This document shows, in pieces, positions 1-9,023 of a stretch of DNA of 64,000 nt. Origin of the DNA: Bacteroidota bacterium (lineage in GTDB: Bacteria; Bacteroidota; Rhodothermia; Rhodothermales; UBA10348); NCBI GenBank assembly GCA_022571255.1, contig JACZYD010000001.1, positions 3,892-67,891 of the forward strand. Direction: 5' to 3'. The stretch's first letter is position 1. Each line of letters opens with the position of its first letter. A program made the position numbers and the translations under genes. The notes under the pieces were generated by a model. The model had not been told where the DNA came from. It ran no database searches and was given only the letters and a program-made list of their open reading frames with translations.

Positions 1-459
1 GTATTTGTGGGCATGATCGATGAACTGTTTCAGTTCTTGTACCTGTACAAGGGCATGGGCTACTATGATATGAACGATGTAGTCCTGAACTGCATCGGGT
101 CTGTCACCGGAATGTATCTTGTATCTGTTGTTCTGGGTGCGCCCGGATCCGGAATTGATCCCCTTCGATGGAAAATCCTTACCCGGCGAGTCCTCGGATC
201 ATGGGTCATTCTTTTTTCTCTCCTGGCATCGCTTTTTGCCACTGGCGTACTGGGCGTATTTGCAGATACCGGTCGACTCTCCTTTTATAAAAACCGAACG
301 GAAGAGCAGGGTCTTCCAGAGCGCCGGATCCGTACTACGCGAGTTGGGAATGACTGGTATCGCCTTCTTCCCCCGGAAGGAGTAAGTATTCTGTTTTTCC
401 TCCCGTTGCTCTTCTCTGGATTGGACCGGCAATCCAGATTGGAGAATAAAAATGATTGA
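1..459 (+). CDS. VanZ-like membrane protein, 5' end outside the window
   Basis: The open frame runs from the window edge. IDELFQFL...GYYDMNDVVLNCIGSVTG resembles the conserved VanZ C-terminal motif (E..Q ... D..N..G...G) and is followed by hydrophobic helices. The stop overlaps the start of the next gene by 8 nt. Confidence 0.45.
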   Translation, partial: VFVGMIDELFQFLYLYKGMGYYDMNDVVLNCIGSVTGMYLVSVVLGAPGSGIDPLRWKILTRRVLGSWVILFSLLASLFATGVLGVFADTGRLSFYKNRTEEQGLPERRIRTTRVGNDWYRLLPPEGVSILFFLPLLFSGLDRQSRLENKND

Positions 460-2998
460 CGGTAGCTCAAGTTCAACTTTCAACGTGACGACGGCCGATG
501 TGCTCGAACTTGCACCCAGACCGATCACATCTCGATATCAATTCCTTTTCTTTGCGGTAGTCGCCGCGTTTTTCGTTCTCGCCAAATCCTGGACGGCGTA
601 CCCGTTGGTTTTTCCTGAGTCCGGGAATGTTCAGTTACTGGGTGTGGACAGTTATTTTCATCTTCGCCATGCACAGTACTCGACCGAGCATTTTCCGGAA
701 AAGATGCTTTATGATGCAGGAGCTCGTTACCCGAATATCGGAAAACAGCAGGTCACGGGCCTGTTTAATCTTCTTATAGCTGCAACAGCTTTGATTGGAA
801 GTGGGTTCAGCCCGGCCCCCGGTGATGTCGCAAGGGCCGCGGCATGGGTGCCACTGTTGCTTTCACTCTTGTCTCTTTGGGTACTTTTTCGACTCGCTAT
901 TTTTCTTCGCGGGTTTACGGCGGGTGCATTCTCGATCCTGATTTACACATTGTATCCGGGTAGCTCGGCGACCCGCGGAATGCTTGGATTCGCCGACCAG
1001 CATGCAGCCGAGATGCTCTTCGCACTCGCCAGTGTTGCCGGTCTCACATATTGTCTGGAGCAGACACGGCGAAATCCAAACCTGTCATGGAAAAAGCCGG
1101 CCATGCTTCTTGCGCTCCCGTTCTCTGCATTCTTTTACGTCTGGCTGGGTACCCCGATGTATATCGCGATCATGGCAATATCTTTGTTCGCGCTTTTACT
1201 TCAGCAATTCCTCTTCACCGATGACACGCGCCGACTGGCGCTCGGATTGTTTCGATTCTTCGGTGCCGCGGCCATCTGGCAGTTTCTCGTAATCCTGTTC
1301 TGGCCCGATTTATTGATGGAATTGATAAAAGGAATGCGGTGGTGGAATCTCGGGGCCATGATTGCATTTGCCACCGTACCGGCTGCGTTTCTTCACGTTT
1401 CCCGACAATCCAGCGCTGTCGGAATAACACGCTGGTTCTTTGTTCTTATCTCCGTTATTACACTTTCGATTATTACATATGCATTTTTTGAGTATACGCC
1501 CCGCGGAAGGATGTTTTCCGGGTGGTTGCTTAGACCCAGAAACCAGAATATATCTGAGCAGCGGATTATTTCGCTTCTGGACTTCTGGATGTTGTTTGGG
1601 ACAGCAGGACTGATCGCTTCGATCAGTATTCCCGTAGCCCTGCTGAAAAAGCGGTCCTCGGGACCCGCGTCCTGGTCGATTCTTTCCGTTGTTTTCGGAG
1701 TGTCCATCACTTACATCTGGCTTCGAACGCACGACTTTGATTACGTGCCCCCGGTCTTCATCGCTTTGATGGGCGGTCTGGCCATTTCGTTTCTGATGGA
1801 CTTGAGCAAGCGGACGCTTGCTTCGTGGAAGTCCGCCACTTCCTCTGGACTACCCGCCGGGCTCTCCAGAGTCCCTGCGATAACGGTTGTCCTCGTCCTT
1901 TTATTGCCGATCTGGCCATTCAGGTTGACGGACTTGCCGTATCAGTCAATTAAGCAGATCAAAAATATACGACTCCAGTCAGATGCTTGGTTCAAGGCCA
2001 TGGCCTGGATGCATTCTCGGACGCCGATTCCGACTATTCTGCCTCTGACAGAAATCTCCGAACCCGTGCCAGACGTGCACCCGGCCGGATCATACGGAGT
2101 CCTTACCGCCTGGGACTACGGTAACTTTGTCGCCACTGTCGGCCATAGATTGCCCGTATCAAGTCGATTCCCATCGAAAAAGAGTGCAAAATGGCTTACC
2201 TCCGTTTCTGAAGCAGAAGGCGATACCTTGCTCTGCCGGGGATGTGTCTCGCCGGAAAACGTGAAATTTGTGGTTCTTGATGCCCGACTGGCGTCCAGAT
2301 TGTTCTTGGCGAAGGCCAGGGCAGCCGGACGAGACGTGAACATTGAGATCCTGGGGTTTTGGAATACAGAAGGAGATCCCGTTCCGCGCGTTTCGTTTGG
2401 AGAGATGTACGAGAATGCAATGTTAACACGACTTTTCGTCAAAGACGGCCATGACCTGGGTGGATACCGTCATATTTATGAGTCGTCTGAAATCGAGTTG
2501 ATCGCGCAGCGATATGTACCAGACCATACCCGATCCGGCTTCTGGTCGGTTCCCATCGAGTCGGAAGAGGACCTGGAGGCAGCTTTATTAATCACGCAGC
2601 GCCCGTTGACCGCCGTGGAAAATTTTTTCCTCTACAATGCCCGGATTGTGCCCGAACTGAAAATGTATGAAGTAGTCCGGGGTGCCCGTCTGATCGGAAT
2701 AGTGGCTCCCGGCGACTCCGTTTCAGCCTACTTACCGCTGAGATCGATGGTATCTCGTCGAGAGTTTTACTATTCGAACACCACTTTTGCGGACTCATCT
2801 GGACGATTTGAATTGCGACTTCCCTACAGCACCGACGAGTCCTCGCACCCCGGATCGACAACCATCTCTCTCGGAAATTATGAGATTCGAATTACGGGAA
2901 AAACCGGGTCGACGATACAGGAACTTTCGGTTACAGAAAATGCCGTGATTGAAGGACACAAACTGACATTCGAGCAGGTACCTCCAACGCTGAACTAA
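452..2998 (+). CDS. STT3/AglB/PglB-family oligosaccharyltransferase (GT-C fold)
   Basis: 848 aa: a polytopic N-terminal half with many hydrophobic helices plus a roughly 300-aa soluble C-terminal half. GVDSYFHLRH (nt 641-670) resembles the first-loop acidic motif (DPYYHLR-like). AWDYGNF (WDYG at nt 2111-2122, in frame) matches the WWDYG catalytic motif. FVVLDARLASRLFLAKARAAG and AMLTRLF...GYRHIYES resemble the DK-motif region and the C-terminal STT3 signature. Confidence 0.8.
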   Translation: MIDGSSSSTFNVTTADVLELAPRPITSRYQFLFFAVVAAFFVLAKSWTAYPLVFPESGNVQLLGVDSYFHLRHAQYSTEHFPEKMLYDAGARYPNIGKQQVTGLFNLLIAATALIGSGFSPAPGDVARAAAWVPLLLSLLSLWVLFRLAIFLRGFTAGAFSILIYTLYPGSSATRGMLGFADQHAAEMLFALASVAGLTYCLEQTRRNPNLSWKKPAMLLALPFSAFFYVWLGTPMYIAIMAISLFALLLQQFLFTDDTRRLALGLFRFFGAAAIWQFLVILFWPDLLMELIKGMRWWNLGAMIAFATVPAAFLHVSRQSSAVGITRWFFVLISVITLSIITYAFFEYTPRGRMFSGWLLRPRNQNISEQRIISLLDFWMLFGTAGLIASISIPVALLKKRSSGPASWSILSVVFGVSITYIWLRTHDFDYVPPVFIALMGGLAISFLMDLSKRTLASWKSATSSGLPAGLSRVPAITVVLVLLLPIWPFRLTDLPYQSIKQIKNIRLQSDAWFKAMAWMHSRTPIPTILPLTEISEPVPDVHPAGSYGVLTAWDYGNFVATVGHRLPVSSRFPSKKSAKWLTSVSEAEGDTLLCRGCVSPENVKFVVLDARLASRLFLAKARAAGRDVNIEILGFWNTEGDPVPRVSFGEMYENAMLTRLFVKDGHDLGGYRHIYESSEIELIAQRYVPDHTRSGFWSVPIESEEDLEAALLITQRPLTAVENFFLYNARIVPELKMYEVVRGARLIGIVAPGDSVSAYLPLRSMVSRREFYYSNTTFADSSGRFELRLPYSTDESSHPGSTTISLGNYEIRITGKTGSTIQELSVTENAVIEGHKLTFEQVPPTLN

Positions 2999-3165
2999 GG
3001 CTGTTATTCGTTGGATTATATCATTTATTTTCGTAATAAGTAACGTTCGATGTTTTCCGATCAATTAAACGCCGCACCAGTCTGGTGTACTGATACCGAT
3101 CTGCCCTTTCCTGGTCGAACCGTGAGGCGTTATTTTCTGATAACACTGAGTCTGAAGTAGTGTAG

Positions 3166-6100
3166 ATGATTTTTTCTCTTCCCGGGTCTTGGCAAGGTTT
3201 TACCGGTGGACCACTGGTTTCAGGCATACGATCGGTTCTGTCAGATGGCCGCGTCCGCCTGGCAAAGGTCACTGCGCTGACTATGGTCTGGGTGGCTGTT
3301 TCTGCCGTCACAGTTTCTACCGGAGGCAACGGGACCGGGTATCAGGTGCCTGATTTCGCGCGTCAAGACGCGACAGTTGTTCCGGCAACTCAGTTTTTGA
3401 CGTCAGACGGTATGCAGGAATCTTCCGGTGTCCTTACACGAGCCTCATTCCCTGCGGCGCGCTCGGATCTTGGCAACATACAGGACGATGCGATTAGGGA
3501 AGCGGTCGCTGGAATGCTGCCGTCATCGATCTGGAACAACAATGATTTCGATATCGTCGTTATTCCCGTTGTCCACCCGGACGGGTCATGGGCGATCACG
3601 GTGATTGTTACAAATAACGGCAGCATTGTATGGGCATTTGCCGACGTTAATTTCTTCTTCGCCGCATTGATCATAGGTTCCATCACAGGTACGGACAATT
3701 TCGGTCAGGTAATTAATCCTTTCTGGTGTTACGTATTCGGCTGTTTCATTGAGAATTTTGCTCCTGCTCAGAGTTTTTCTGTCGTCGTGTCCGGCGATGG
3801 AGCCGCTCCGGGACAAAATGCGTGCACGTATGAATCGAATAAAAATGACGGCGGTGGCCCGGTATTGGATTCTGCCGGAGATTGCTCCTTCTCAGGGCCC
3901 CTGCCGGGGAGTTTTGCGGCCCAGCATACAGTGGAACCGCAATTTTCGGGCACGTCAGATGTGCACGAGTCCTATTTCTACAGTTTCGAGAATACGACGT
4001 CCGGTCCATTAAACATCACGCATTGGGTAGACATAACCCACTCACAATCGCTCAGCGGGCTGGATGTCATGGGTCCGGGAACGACTGGTTGTGATTTTAC
4101 GTCGGGCGAGACACAATCAGGTTTCTTGTGTACAGCCCTGGTCCAGCCAAACACCGGGTTCGAAGACAATGCTTACGATTACTGGTACACAGCCAACGGG
4201 CAGGGCAATACGCACGCCGAAGCCTGGTATCAAGAGGGGAATAACTCGCCGGTCAACTATTACTCTTATGACCGCTTTTACGAGGAAAGGGCAGATTTTC
4301 AACTCAGTAAATCGTCCCAGGGTGGAATACCTTTTGAGGGACAACCGTATTCGTACACGCTTCACCTTAGCCAGACCGGTCCGTCGACGGCTCGAAATGT
4401 AATCGTGAATGACGATCTGCCCGAAGGATACACGTATACGGGATTTACAGGAAGTGGTACGATTGAGCTGACCGGCAACCAAATCGTATGGACAGTGCCC
4501 GATATCCCCTTTAATCGAACTCTCGAGGTCGAATATTCAGGGTCCTACAACGAGATCTATCCATGTTCCGTTTCGACGCGAATCAACTCGGCTATCGTCA
4601 TCTACACGAATGGATTGGATATCAATGCGAGTGACAACTCCGCCTTTGTGGAAACAGTACTGTGCCCCTATTCAGCGTCAGGATCTTTATGCGACGATCT
4701 TAACCAGAACAATCAATGTGATTTTGACGAGCCCAACGTCCCGGGGCCCACGCAATTATATGTTGACCACAACGGGGACACGTTTTTCAATGCAAGCTTT
4801 GATCAGGAAGTCGTTACGGACATAAACGGATTTTTTACAATCCCTAATCTGGGACCAGGGTTGTTCTCCCTGTTCTTGGGCAATAACCAGGGAATTCAGC
4901 TGACATCCCCGCCGTTCCTAATCTCATTTGCGTCATCTGATGTTTCGGGGTTGAAAATTCCCGTCACTGTTCCGCCACCCCCCGTCAATCAGGGATCGAT
5001 CCACGTTCAGAAGTTTCTTGATATCAACGGTGACGGCGTAAAAGACCCTGACGAACCCGGGTTTAACGGCGTAGCCATCACGTTGAATGGACCGGGCGGA
5101 CCGTTCGTACTGGTTACTCAAGACATGAACATGGACGGCGATCCTGCGATCGATCCGATCACGGAACGTGGCTGGGTCTGGTTTGAAAACCTGGAGCCCG
5201 GAGACTATACGTTGTCCGAGGCCGTGCCTGCAAACATGGCACAAACGACGCCCCCGGGCAATTCGATTGCCATCAATCTGGGTCCGGACCAGCGCTCGGA
5301 AGGACACGAATTTGGCAATCAGTGGTTCGACGCAGATCTCGGTGATGCGCCGGATTCCTTCGACCCGGAACGCCCCGCCTTTCCTGGAGGTTATCCTACA
5401 TTACTGGCGAATAACGGGGCCATTCATTTGATCGATGACGGCGTTCGGCTGGGTATAAATTTAGACGCAGAACCAGACGGACAACCGACCATACCGGCCG
5501 ACGGCGATGATAATTCCGGACAGGATGACGAGGACGGAGTCTTTTTCGGGGACGGATTTGCCCTGTTCTCATTACCTCTTGGCAGTGATCCCGGTGACCT
5601 GACGGGTGTCCCGGGTACATTACCAGGAACTTCGGTCGAAATACGGGTTCAGCCGTCGACCGATGGGCGCCTGGATGCCTGGATCGATTTTAACGGCGAT
5701 GGAGACTGGGAAGATGTCGGAGAACGTATCGCTGATGGGCTGCCGGTCTCTCCACCGTTTACGATCTTCCCGGTTGCCGTTCCTGAAGAAACCAGAATCG
5801 GATTCACCTATGCTCGATTCCGCTTCAGTAGAGTCGGGGTCGAGAGTTTTGATGGTCTTGCGCCCGATGGCGAGGTCGAGGACTATCTCCTCGTCTTTGT
5901 AAGGCACTTCATACTCGACTCTGCCGGAGATACGGGTGATGCCGTGCCTGGCGACGGGATGTGCGACGACGGCGCGGGAAGCTGTACGTTGAGAGCGTTT
6001 ATCGAGGAGACGAATGCCAGCGGTGAGCCCACGGCGTTGCTTCCGGGAACCGGTAAACGTGGAGCCGTTCTGCTGCAGCCCCAGTCTCCGTATCCTGCTA

Positions 6101-7050
6101 TTACATCATCCATTGTTATCGCGGGAGATGGTGAACTTGAAATCGACGGAAGTCAGGCCGGTGCGAGTGCAAATGGATTCACTATTCTTGGGTCCGGAGT
6201 ATCGATTCTGGAGCTCGATATTCATGGTTTCAGTAGTAGCGGAATCCGTATCGAAGGCAATGACCATTTGATGGCCAGAAACGACATCCACGACAATGGT
6301 GGAGACGGAATCAATATCGCGTCCGGTGATGGTACATCACTGACCGAAAACCGGATCTACAATAACGGCCGCCTGGGAATCGATCTCGGCGACGACGGCG
6401 TTACTGCCAACGATATCGGTGATGCGGATCTGGGAGCGAACATGCTTCAGAACCGACCCGAACTCACGCTGGCGACGGCGGAAACAGGGACCATTGAGGG
6501 TCTTTATTCGAGCTTTCCGGATCAAACGTACGTGATTGAATTCTTCTCCTCTCCAGTCTGTGATGCTTCAGGCAGCGGAGAAGGTGAGGTTTTTCTGGGA
6601 TCAGCGGAGGTTACAACAGATGGTACGGGAACCGTAAACTTCAGCATCGTCGTTCCAATTGAAATTGCGATTGGTGAATCGATTACGGCCACAGCGACCG
6701 GCGAACAGAGGGATACGTCGGAGTTCTCGGCGTGTCTGACTGCCATCAGCACGTCCATTGAACGGAATCCCGACGCTGAAATTCCGCAGGACTTTACGCT
6801 GGGTCAGAACTACCCGAATCCGTTCAATCCGGTGACGACGATCTCGTTCGGCCTCTCTCGCGCCGAATTTGTAACGATCGAAGTCTTCAATCTGCTGGGA
6901 AAACGTGTTGAAGTGCTTGTTACCGAGTGGAAAGAGCCCGGTGAGTATACGGTTCCATTCGATGGGGGTGCGCTTCCGAGTGGTATTTATCTGTACAGGA
7001 TGACTGCCGGCTCGTTCACTTCCTCGAAACAACTCACATTGCTTAAATAA
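3166..7050 (+). CDS. Large secreted multidomain protein with a T9SS C-terminal sorting domain (DUF11-like repeat, SdrD/Cna-B-like fold, GEVED domain, parallel beta-helix repeats)
   Basis: 1294 aa with a hydrophobic N-terminal signal-like segment (LTMVWVAVSAVTVSTG). YTLHLSQTGPSTARNVIVNDDLPEGYTYTG is DUF11-like. IHVQKFLDINGDGVKDPDEPGFNGVAITL is SD-repeat B-like. DLGDAPDSF...DDEDGV...AWIDFNGDGDWED...ARFRFS...DGEVEDY is a GEVED domain. IHDNGGDGINIASGDGTSLTENRIYNNGRLGIDL are beta-helix repeats. The C-terminus QNYPNPFNPVTTISF...GIYLYRM...KQLTLLK is a Por/T9SS CTD. The exact start codon is uncertain. Confidence 0.85.
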   Translation: MIFSLPGSWQGFTGGPLVSGIRSVLSDGRVRLAKVTALTMVWVAVSAVTVSTGGNGTGYQVPDFARQDATVVPATQFLTSDGMQESSGVLTRASFPAARSDLGNIQDDAIREAVAGMLPSSIWNNNDFDIVVIPVVHPDGSWAITVIVTNNGSIVWAFADVNFFFAALIIGSITGTDNFGQVINPFWCYVFGCFIENFAPAQSFSVVVSGDGAAPGQNACTYESNKNDGGGPVLDSAGDCSFSGPLPGSFAAQHTVEPQFSGTSDVHESYFYSFENTTSGPLNITHWVDITHSQSLSGLDVMGPGTTGCDFTSGETQSGFLCTALVQPNTGFEDNAYDYWYTANGQGNTHAEAWYQEGNNSPVNYYSYDRFYEERADFQLSKSSQGGIPFEGQPYSYTLHLSQTGPSTARNVIVNDDLPEGYTYTGFTGSGTIELTGNQIVWTVPDIPFNRTLEVEYSGSYNEIYPCSVSTRINSAIVIYTNGLDINASDNSAFVETVLCPYSASGSLCDDLNQNNQCDFDEPNVPGPTQLYVDHNGDTFFNASFDQEVVTDINGFFTIPNLGPGLFSLFLGNNQGIQLTSPPFLISFASSDVSGLKIPVTVPPPPVNQGSIHVQKFLDINGDGVKDPDEPGFNGVAITLNGPGGPFVLVTQDMNMDGDPAIDPITERGWVWFENLEPGDYTLSEAVPANMAQTTPPGNSIAINLGPDQRSEGHEFGNQWFDADLGDAPDSFDPERPAFPGGYPTLLANNGAIHLIDDGVRLGINLDAEPDGQPTIPADGDDNSGQDDEDGVFFGDGFALFSLPLGSDPGDLTGVPGTLPGTSVEIRVQPSTDGRLDAWIDFNGDGDWEDVGERIADGLPVSPPFTIFPVAVPEETRIGFTYARFRFSRVGVESFDGLAPDGEVEDYLLVFVRHFILDSAGDTGDAVPGDGMCDDGAGSCTLRAFIEETNASGEPTALLPGTGKRGAVLLQPQSPYPAITSSIVIAGDGELEIDGSQAGASANGFTILGSGVSILELDIHGFSSSGIRIEGNDHLMARNDIHDNGGDGINIASGDGTSLTENRIYNNGRLGIDLGDDGVTANDIGDADLGANMLQNRPELTLATAETGTIEGLYSSFPDQTYVIEFFSSPVCDASGSGEGEVFLGSAEVTTDGTGTVNFSIVVPIEIAIGESITATATGEQRDTSEFSACLTAISTSIERNPDAEIPQDFTLGQNYPNPFNPVTTISFGLSRAEFVTIEVFNLLGKRVEVLVTEWKEPGEYTVPFDGGALPSGIYLYRMTAGSFTSSKQLTLLK

Positions 7051-7084
7051 AAAATATCGGGTAAGGAGTGTTATCCATCGAAAG

Positions 7085-7120
7085 AGGGAGAGCGGCCGCT
7101 CCGGTCGGTTCTCCCTTTTT
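7085..7120 (+). terminator. Rho-independent terminator after the T9SS cargo gene
   Basis: AGGGAGA (7085-7091) pairs with TCTCCCT (7110-7116) around a GC-rich loop that contains GCGGCCGC. A T5 run follows immediately (7116-7120), about 35 nt after the stop codon. Confidence 0.6.
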
Positions 7121-7191
7121 CATGTCCAGGGCCGGTATCGGATCCCTCCACGAAAACACGCAATCACGCGCATGATTAGAAGCAGCTGAGG

Positions 7192-7596
7192 ATGCGTGAC
7201 CTTCTTCGGACGGATGTCCACGAAGATTTTCAGGATGGGCGTGTGGACACACTTTTGGAATATTTATCGGCTACAGTTGCCGAATTCGACATCGCGGGTA
7301 AAAAATCATCCCTCGATGTGCCGCAGGAATCATCAGTCGTTAAGTATCTTAATTCGTACCCAAATCCATTCCGTAATTCAACTACGATAGAATTCGGTCT
7401 GAATCAATCTGCAGAAGTCGAGTTGGTCGTGTATGACGTTCTCGGTCGTGAGGTGGAACAACTGGTAAAAGCTCCACTTTCAGACGGGCACTATAGATTC
7501 AGCTTTTATCCCCATAATCTGGCGCCGGGTCTATATTTTTCGCAACTGCGTACAGGGCAGCTCACTAAGACAGGGAAAATGATCTATACGAAATGA
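7192..7596 (+). CDS. Orphan T9SS C-terminal sorting domain ORF (possible gene remnant)
   Basis: 134 aa. The C-terminal 85 aa (NSYPNPFRNSTTIEFGL...VVYDVLGREV...GLYFSQL...KMIYTK) are a T9SS CTD. The N-terminal roughly 50 aa have no signal peptide. An in-frame TAG at 7177-7179 prevents any longer N-terminus. Confidence 0.5.
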   Translation: MRDLLRTDVHEDFQDGRVDTLLEYLSATVAEFDIAGKKSSLDVPQESSVVKYLNSYPNPFRNSTTIEFGLNQSAEVELVVYDVLGREVEQLVKAPLSDGHYRFSFYPHNLAPGLYFSQLRTGQLTKTGKMIYTK

Positions 7597-7687
7597 AACG
7601 GCAGGGCATTCTCTATTCAGGTAGGCGCAGATAGCCTGTTCATACGACCACCCGATTTGCTGCTCATTCGACCACCCGCTCGACACA

Positions 7688-8983
7688 TCACGCGTAGCGC
7701 GCCCATTTGATGAGATCCTTGATGCTGGCTTTTTTTCCGTACATCAGAATACCCACGCGGTAGATCCTCGCGCTTACCCAGATCGCACCGATAAAACAGG
7801 CCACGAGCAGGCTGAATGACAATAAAACCTGCCAGAGCGGCACGTCTGTCACCGCGTATCGTACGACCATCGAGATGGGAGACGTAAACGGAATCATCGA
7901 CAATACGATCGAGAGCGTCGAGTTGGGTGCTTCGACCGTGGACTGCAGAAAAACAATCGCCATGATGATGGGAAGCATGACAGGGAGCATGAGACTCTGC
8001 GCATCCTGCTGTTGTTCGACGGACGATCCGATCGCCGAAAAAATACTGGCGTAAAGCAGATATCCCAGCAGGAAATACAGCACGAACCAGACGAAAATGA
8101 AAGGATCTATGACGGGCATGGAAATATTGGCTGCAGCGAGTAATTCATTCTGCGAAGCCGCCGCGGGCAAATTCAGATTTGCCGGATCCAGGAAGAGGGA
8201 TATGATTGCACCGGAAAAAATCGTCCCGACCATGATCAGAATGGCCCAGAAAGTCATCTGTACCAATCCCATGGCGCCGATCCCCAGAACCTTGCCCATG
8301 AGCAAATCGAACGGTCTTACGGAAGAGATAATGATCTCGACAACCCGGTTCATTTTTTCCTGTATGACACCCTGCATGACGACGGAGCCGTAAGTGAGCA
8401 TCGTGATATAAATCATGAAACCCATGATATAACCAAGCACGGCGAATGCTTCGGTGCCGCCCGACGCCTCGCCGGTTTCGGAAAGTTTTCTCATATCCAC
8501 TCTCACGCTTGCGTTCAGAATATCAAACACCTCCTGAGGGACGTTTTGCTCTTCCAGACGACGTTTTTCAACGGCCTGACGCGTGATAGAACGGATTTTT
8601 CGTGCAAACACAGTTACGCCACCGCCATCCCGCGAAAAATAAGTTGCTTTTCCACCGCCCGAAACGATGTTCGCATCAAGCAGCAGATAGCCGCTGTATA
8701 TACCCCGAATCACGGCTGCCCGGATAGAATCCTCAGGAGCATTGGGCTGGATAAACGTGATCTGACCATCATCATCGTGATAGTCCGCAAATAACAGCTC
8801 TGAGCGATCGATCACGGCGACGGTCTTCTCGCTACTGGTCAGCGATTTTACGGAAACAATTCCTACTATTACGAAAAAACCAATCAATGCGATGGGTCCG
8901 ATGAGCGTAGTAAGTACAAACCACTTCGTTTTTACGCGTTTCAGGAACTCGGTTTTGGCGACGATGAAGATTTTTTGTGTCAT
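7688..8983 (-). CDS. ABC-2 type transporter permease (NatB-like)
   Basis: 431 aa: an N-terminal TM helix, a large extracytoplasmic loop, then five or more C-terminal TM helices. It lies immediately downstream of an ABC ATPase, the typical NatAB arrangement. Confidence 0.75.
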   Translation of the reverse strand: MTQKIFIVAKTEFLKRVKTKWFVLTTLIGPIALIGFFVIVGIVSVKSLTSSEKTVAVIDRSELLFADYHDDDGQITFIQPNAPEDSIRAAVIRGIYSGYLLLDANIVSGGGKATYFSRDGGGVTVFARKIRSITRQAVEKRRLEEQNVPQEVFDILNASVRVDMRKLSETGEASGGTEAFAVLGYIMGFMIYITMLTYGSVVMQGVIQEKMNRVVEIIISSVRPFDLLMGKVLGIGAMGLVQMTFWAILIMVGTIFSGAIISLFLDPANLNLPAAASQNELLAAANISMPVIDPFIFVWFVLYFLLGYLLYASIFSAIGSSVEQQQDAQSLMLPVMLPIIMAIVFLQSTVEAPNSTLSIVLSMIPFTSPISMVVRYAVTDVPLWQVLLSFSLLVACFIGAIWVSARIYRVGILMYGKKASIKDLIKWARYA

Positions 8984-9023
8984 TTCAGAACAGGGGTTCA
9001 GGATAGATCTTCGGAGGGGGTTT

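Noticed and set aside
3166-7050. Enrichment of N-glycosylation sequons in the T9SS cargo.
   Set aside because: A rough count gives about 11 N-X-S/T sites in 1294 aa, which is about what amino-acid composition predicts. I therefore make no enrichment claim and note only the two extended D/E-X-N-X-S/T sites.
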